Shown piece by piece: positions 25,715 through 29,404 of a stretch of DNA of 29,404 bases. Numbering within the stretch: the stretch's first letter is position 1; the number at the start of each line of letters is the position of its first letter. Position numbers and translations under genes: made by a program. Below the pieces are notes generated by a model. That model was not told the DNA's origin, ran no database searches, and was given only the letters and a program-made list of their open reading frames with translations. This DNA is from a virus. Its lineage: Duplodnaviria; Caudoviricetes. The stretch lies in IMG/VR virus record IMGVR_UViG_3300012948_000015, positions 1-29,404 of that record. One strand, given 5' to 3'.

Positions 25715-25930
25715 TTATCCTATCACCTGGTGGAACTCTCCTTCGTCCCCTAACTTCCGACCCCAAAGCCGACCGTTGTCGTCCAGTGCGTAGATTGCGA
25801 AGCCTCCGGGTGCAAGGGAGCCTTCTGCGGTCCGCTCCTTCGGAAGTACAATCACCTGAAACCCGACCATTTTGCCGGGGCGCAGGGGCTCTGGTTGTTC
25901 TTCGTCTTCGTTCTTTCGTTTATGTGCCAC
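25715..25930 (-). CDS. Hypothetical protein, 71 aa
   Basis: AGAGGAG RBS with GTG start. IYALDDNGRLW beta-hairpin; fills the gap before the portal. Confidence 0.65.
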   Translation of the reverse strand: MAHKRKNEDEEQPEPLRPGKMVGFQVIVLPKERTAEGSLAPGGFAIYALDDNGRLWGRKLGDEGEFHQVIG

Positions 25931-25951
25931 CGGATCTCCTCTCTTGCAAGC

Positions 25952-26092
25952 CTATAAGCTTGCCGCGGTAAAAAATGATAAGGTTAAAAATGCTAGTCCT
26001 AAAGAGCTAAAGCGGTCATGAAAACCCGCTGCCGCCATGATGAAGCAGAACAGGGCGAGGACTAGGAAGAGGACGTGAATGGTGAACTTCAT
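25952..26092 (-). CDS. Small two-transmembrane protein, 46 aa (below the ORF-track cutoff)
   Basis: Hand translation MKFTIHVLFLVLALFCFIMAAAGFHDRFSSLGLAFLTLSFFTAASL. GGAG upstream; in-frame alternative ATG at 26107. Confidence 0.6.
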   Translation of the reverse strand: MKFTIHVLFLVLALFCFIMAAAGFHDRFSSLGLAFLTLSFFTAASL

Positions 26093-26146
26093 GAGGTGGT
26101 ACTCCATTCTGTAGTGGAATAAGGTATTTGCCCTAAGTTTACCACC

Positions 26147-27877
26147 TTAGTATCCTCCGTAATCATACGCCGTGTGGGTGCGCGGACGACTGGTTGCACG
26201 TCTCAACTCCTGTCGTTCACGTTCTTCCGCTAACTCTTCTTCCGACTGAGGTATCGCGCACAAGTGCACCGCATAAGCTGCCGCATCCAGAACGTCTTTT
26301 AGCGGTCCATGCGGGAACTCGGAAAGTTGGGTACGGAACTTACGGTGTGAGTTAAACCGGACGTAAACTCGTCCGGACTCCACAGGCTGTTGCAGGAACG
26401 TCCGGATGCGGTCATCCTTACTCTTCTCTGCGCTACCTCCAGGTGGGCTGAAGGCCTCCACCCTCAAAGGCCGATGCGCGCTACCGCAGTGCGGACACGG
26501 TTTACCAGACCGGAGTAGATGATTCAACAACCCTACTACGTCCACAATGGATTTCTGCGCTCCGACGGCCTCGTAGTAGTTCTTGTAGAAATAGAATTTG
26601 TCGTTGAGCGTCATCCATTTACACGCCGCTTTTCCAAAGGTGGTGTTGTCCGACCACTCTTCTAGGATGAAACGACGTTGGCGGGAGTCGGTTCCGACCG
26701 CTACGATCGCTGCTTCGCATTTTGCGGACCGCCCGCCGGAACTCGGGTCGTAGAACGAGATCCGGTTGAGGTATCCCAAGAGAATCGCAGGGCTCTTGTC
26801 CATTGGAAATAAGGTCTTCGCATCTTCTCCGACCTGGTATTCTTTCAGCCACGCGATGTCGAAATCCGTCATGCCTGCGGCGACGGGGTTGTTGAGGTAG
26901 TTACAGCTAAAAGCATACTCACCTTCCCGTCGGCGGATCGCTTCAAGCGTGGGAAGAGAAAACCGTTCAGGGAAAATTGGCTCGGGCTCACCAGTGTCAG
27001 GATTTGGTTCAATCGCCGATCGTACATACCAAGTAAAGCCTCCCGCTCGAGAGCCGTCGGTATGAAGGGGAGAGGCGGACTGGACGTCGGCTTCTTCGGA
27101 TGGGAGTGTTGCCATAACCCACCCGTATAAATCCGCTGTTCCTGCTTTCCACCGCGTACCGATGAAGAGCTCCTCGACCGTGTTCGGGTCATTGGCGAGG
27201 CCCGGGGCGAATGTGAACCAGTGCTTCGCTGCTTCCATTTCGGCTTCGGACTTCGCCGCTTTTTCGCCGATGAGGTCGTCGTACACGATGATGTCCCAGT
27301 GTTTTCCAGTGGTCTTCGCGCCGACTCCAAGTGTGGTGATGGAGCTTTCATCAAAGGATTTATCCCGAGGCAACAGGATCTCGTCGTCTCGCCATGTGCT
27401 GCTAGGGTTTGGGATATCAAGAGGGATAATTTCTGGAAACAACCATTGCAGTATTTGGTTGTTGCAGATGTTCCATTTGATATCTTTAATGTTCTTCGCG
27501 GCGACTTCATGAGATTCACCTACTATCACGACACGAAAGTTACGGTTGTGGAGTGGAATCCAAGATAGTAAATCAGGGTATAAATTAAGTAAGATGAGAT
27601 CAATAGGAATAAGGCGCCAAAGAGGATAAGACTTAGAAACAATAGTCGACTTGAAGTGTCCTCGGGGAATAAGACCCCCTCGACGACGCTGAGTACGAGT
27701 AGCAACAATATATTCACAGAACTCCTGGTGAAGGCGCGGGCTGAGCTCACGATATCCTAGTACGACCTTAGTGAAGTAGTACAAATTGGTCAACGCTGCA
27801 TACCGCAGGCGGTCGCGTAGGCCCTCCGCATCTCCTGACTCCGCTACTTGATATAGTTCTTTACTTAGAACTGTCAT
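26147..27877 (-). CDS. terL: Terminase large subunit
   Basis: Walker A LIPRGHFKST; Walker B GKHWDIIVYDD; IGTRW coupling motif; FSCNYLNNP; nuclease FYDPSSGG and KDVLDAAAY. Start revised to the ATG at 27877. Confidence 0.95.
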   Translation of the reverse strand: MTVLSKELYQVAESGDAEGLRDRLRYAALTNLYYFTKVVLGYRELSPRLHQEFCEYIVATRTQRRRGGLIPRGHFKSTIVSKSYPLWRLIPIDLILLNLYPDLLSWIPLHNRNFRVVIVGESHEVAAKNIKDIKWNICNNQILQWLFPEIIPLDIPNPSSTWRDDEILLPRDKSFDESSITTLGVGAKTTGKHWDIIVYDDLIGEKAAKSEAEMEAAKHWFTFAPGLANDPNTVEELFIGTRWKAGTADLYGWVMATLPSEEADVQSASPLHTDGSRAGGFTWYVRSAIEPNPDTGEPEPIFPERFSLPTLEAIRRREGEYAFSCNYLNNPVAAGMTDFDIAWLKEYQVGEDAKTLFPMDKSPAILLGYLNRISFYDPSSGGRSAKCEAAIVAVGTDSRQRRFILEEWSDNTTFGKAACKWMTLNDKFYFYKNYYEAVGAQKSIVDVVGLLNHLLRSGKPCPHCGSAHRPLRVEAFSPPGGSAEKSKDDRIRTFLQQPVESGRVYVRFNSHRKFRTQLSEFPHGPLKDVLDAAAYAVHLCAIPQSEEELAEERERQELRRATSRPRTHTAYDYGGY

Positions 27878-28391
27878 TAGGGACTTCCGCAGCTTTCTCC
27901 GCAGTTTTCTCCGCAGTGCGCGCTTCAACCTCTTGGAGAGACTTCACTGCGTGGAGAAGGTCTTCTCCGGACAAGGTAATGTTCTTGGTTGTGATGTCAA
28001 GTCGTTTGGTTTTGCTCACTACGGGGTCTCGGTCCAGTACGTCAATCGCGACCTTCGCCACGATGTGTTTGTGCGCGGTGGGATCGTCCAATATCTCCCG
28101 CATGCGTTCTAACGCCTTCCACCCTAACTGGTCTATTACCTGCGATTTGGTGAGGAGTCCTTCTTCCAGTTGGGCGTCCAGTATCCCTATTAACTCCGCT
28201 TTCTTCTCCGCGATCTGCGCACGTGCCTCGGGCTGTCTCAACCAGTTGTATACTGTCCAGGGGTACACCCCTAGTATTTCCGCGATATCACGTGCCTTTA
28301 CCCCTTCCAGCACCATACGTATAGCCTGTTGGGCACGTAGATCGATCGCCTCCCTAAAGCGATTCAAGGGTTCGTTTTTCACCTTTTTCAC
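27861..28391 (-). CDS. terS: Terminase small subunit (HTH)
   Basis: HTH ARDIAEILGVYPWTVYNWLRQP; helical oligomerisation region; overlaps the terL start. The start may be the second GTG at 28382. Confidence 0.8.
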   Translation of the reverse strand: MKKVKNEPLNRFREAIDLRAQQAIRMVLEGVKARDIAEILGVYPWTVYNWLRQPEARAQIAEKKAELIGILDAQLEEGLLTKSQVIDQLGWKALERMREILDDPTAHKHIVAKVAIDVLDRDPVVSKTKRLDITTKNITLSGEDLLHAVKSLQEVEARTAEKTAEKAAEVPNDSSK

Positions 28392-28528
28392 CTTAAAAAG
28401 AGTGCTTTTTCATTTCTAAAACATTATTATAACAAATTTTAAAAATGAAATCACAGTCAAGTGGTCAAAAAATTTTATCGCTTTTAAAGATTTTTACCTT
28501 AATCAAAGTCCAAAAAGGTGAAAAACGA
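28372..28528. repeat. Perfect 17-bp inverted repeat flanking a 123-bp AT-rich spacer
   Basis: TCGTTTTTCACCTTTTT at 28372-28388 and AAAAAGGTGAAAAACGA at 28512-28528. Confidence 0.9.
28426..28434 (-). promoter_or_regulatory. Extended -10 sigma70-type promoter for the terS/late operon
   Basis: TGTTATAAT (TGn + TATAAT) on the minus strand about 35 nt upstream of terS, in an AT-rich tract. The -35 at 17-bp spacing is weak (GTGATT). Confidence 0.6.
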
Positions 28529-28713
28529 CGTACTTCAAAGACCGAAAGGAGATCCCTGGAGCGTTAGGGAGAGAGGATTCACGCACGCCACCCGTCTGCC
28601 TATTTTTGGGACTGCCCTAGGGGCAATAACGATCTTAGGGGCAACAAGTATTATAGAAGCTACTAGCTACAAGAAGTGTAAGAGGGCGAAGTAGTGGAAC
28701 AAAGGAGAAGAGT

Positions 28714-28923
28714 ATGAAAAGAGGAAGACCTTCGTTTAGGGAACAAGCTGCGTTAGATATAGAGAAGGCGCTAAGGGAATATGCGCTAATAGTGTATAAG
28801 GAGGACGAAACGCGAGCAGCGCAGTTAGTGGAATTAGCTGATTGGGCTGGAACAACATTACATTGGGAATTAGGTGCATCAAGTCGAGCACATGCAAAGG
28901 CTTACAATAGGAGGAAGAAGTAA
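28714..28923 (+). CDS. Hypothetical protein, 69 aa (probable early gene)
   Basis: AAAGGAG RBS; divergent from the late operon; abuts the next ORF. Confidence 0.65.
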   Translation: MKRGRPSFREQAALDIEKALREYALIVYKEDETRAAQLVELADWAGTTLHWELGASSRAHAKAYNRRKK

Positions 28924-29211
28924 ATGAGTGACAATACGACAACAACGAACGAAACGACAACAAGGACAAAAGGAGAAAGTATGACAATTACAGAGATGAG
29001 GGACGAGACATATGAAGCGTACAAGGCAGGACTAGTCACCTTAGAGGAAGCTGCTGCCATAGAGGCATATCTGAAGAAAAGGGAATATAATGCAGAGAGG
29101 AACAAGAGGCCAGAAGTGAGAGCAGCTAGAAAGGCTTACAATGAGAGAAAGGCTGCCGAGCGGAAAGAAGGGAAGTTAATGTTACAAGTGCTATTAGCTA
29201 ACAAGAAGTAG
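28924..29211 (+). CDS. Hypothetical basic helical protein, 95 aa
   Basis: AGGAGG RBS; K/R/E-rich C-terminal helix with REYNAER / KAYNER repeats. Confidence 0.7.
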   Translation: MSDNTTTTNETTTRTKGESMTITEMRDETYEAYKAGLVTLEEAAAIEAYLKKREYNAERNKRPEVRAARKAYNERKAAERKEGKLMLQVLLANKK

Positions 29212-29300
29212 TTAGGGGCAATAGCGGAAGTGAGAGGTGAAGGGTGCAGCAGGGAGGCTGCACCTGACACAAAGGAAGGGGAGAAGGGGGGGAGGGCGGG

Positions 29301-29338
29301 AAGTTGTGCTCCCTTTCTAAAGTTGTGCTCCCTTTCTA
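29301..29338 (+). repeat. Perfect 19-bp tandem direct repeat, two copies
   Basis: AAGTTGTGCTCCCTTTCTA at 29301-29319 and 29320-29338. Confidence 0.9.
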
Positions 29339-29371
29339 TACGTATTATCCGCCCAACTCGGAGAAGGAGAA

Positions 29372-29404
29372 ATGATGAACGTGAAACGGACAAAGAAGTC
29401 GAAG
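29372..29404 (+). CDS. 5' end of an ORF running off the window (MMNVKRTKKSK...)
   Basis: AAGGAG RBS directly before ATGATG; open to the edge. Confidence 0.5.
   Translation, partial: MMNVKRTKKSK

Noticed and set aside
453-28419. Numerous plus-strand ORFs in the track
   Set aside because: They are antisense shadows of a continuous, RBS-supported, overlap-coupled minus-strand operon and show no recognisable motifs.
28613-29338. CRISPR mini-array
   Set aside because: The repeats are too short and lack regular unique spacers.
28736-29393. Hydrophobic minus-strand ORFs at the right end
   Set aside because: Their Leu/Ser/Phe richness is the complement of the purine-rich plus-strand genes, which have good RBSs.
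1-29404. Alternative genetic code, integrase/att site or host genes
   Set aside because: Genes are intact in the standard code and use all three stops. No integrase or bacterial housekeeping gene is visible, so lifestyle and host cannot be assigned.

Overview
This window is the morphogenesis half of a tailed dsDNA phage with podovirus-like gene order. A tightly coupled minus-strand late operon runs from about 28.4 kb to the left edge. Its order is terS, terL, two small ORFs, portal, an overlapping portal-adjacent gene, scaffold, two head-associated genes, major capsid, a beta-helix protein, two small paralogues, a six-gene cassette, Zn-finger protein, adaptor, nozzle, an Ig/LamG tail appendage module, GNAT protein and three ejection proteins. 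The last ejection gene (4490 to the edge, over 1,490 aa) is missing from the ORF track. It carries a lysozyme-like N-terminus, an ADP-ribosyltransferase motif set and a HExxH peptidase motif. The most unusual element is the 13.0-19.2 kb cassette. Five of its six proteins start with Sec or lipoprotein signal peptides, four of those have paired cysteines, and all are translationally coupled into the virion operon. Other oddities are an Ig domain whose last strand seems to lie in a gene two positions downstream, a possibly split nozzle, a structured intergenic RNA and a 17-bp inverted repeat around the late promoter. A purine-rich plus-strand (probably early) region begins at the right end. All calls come from motif reading and synteny; no database searches were run.
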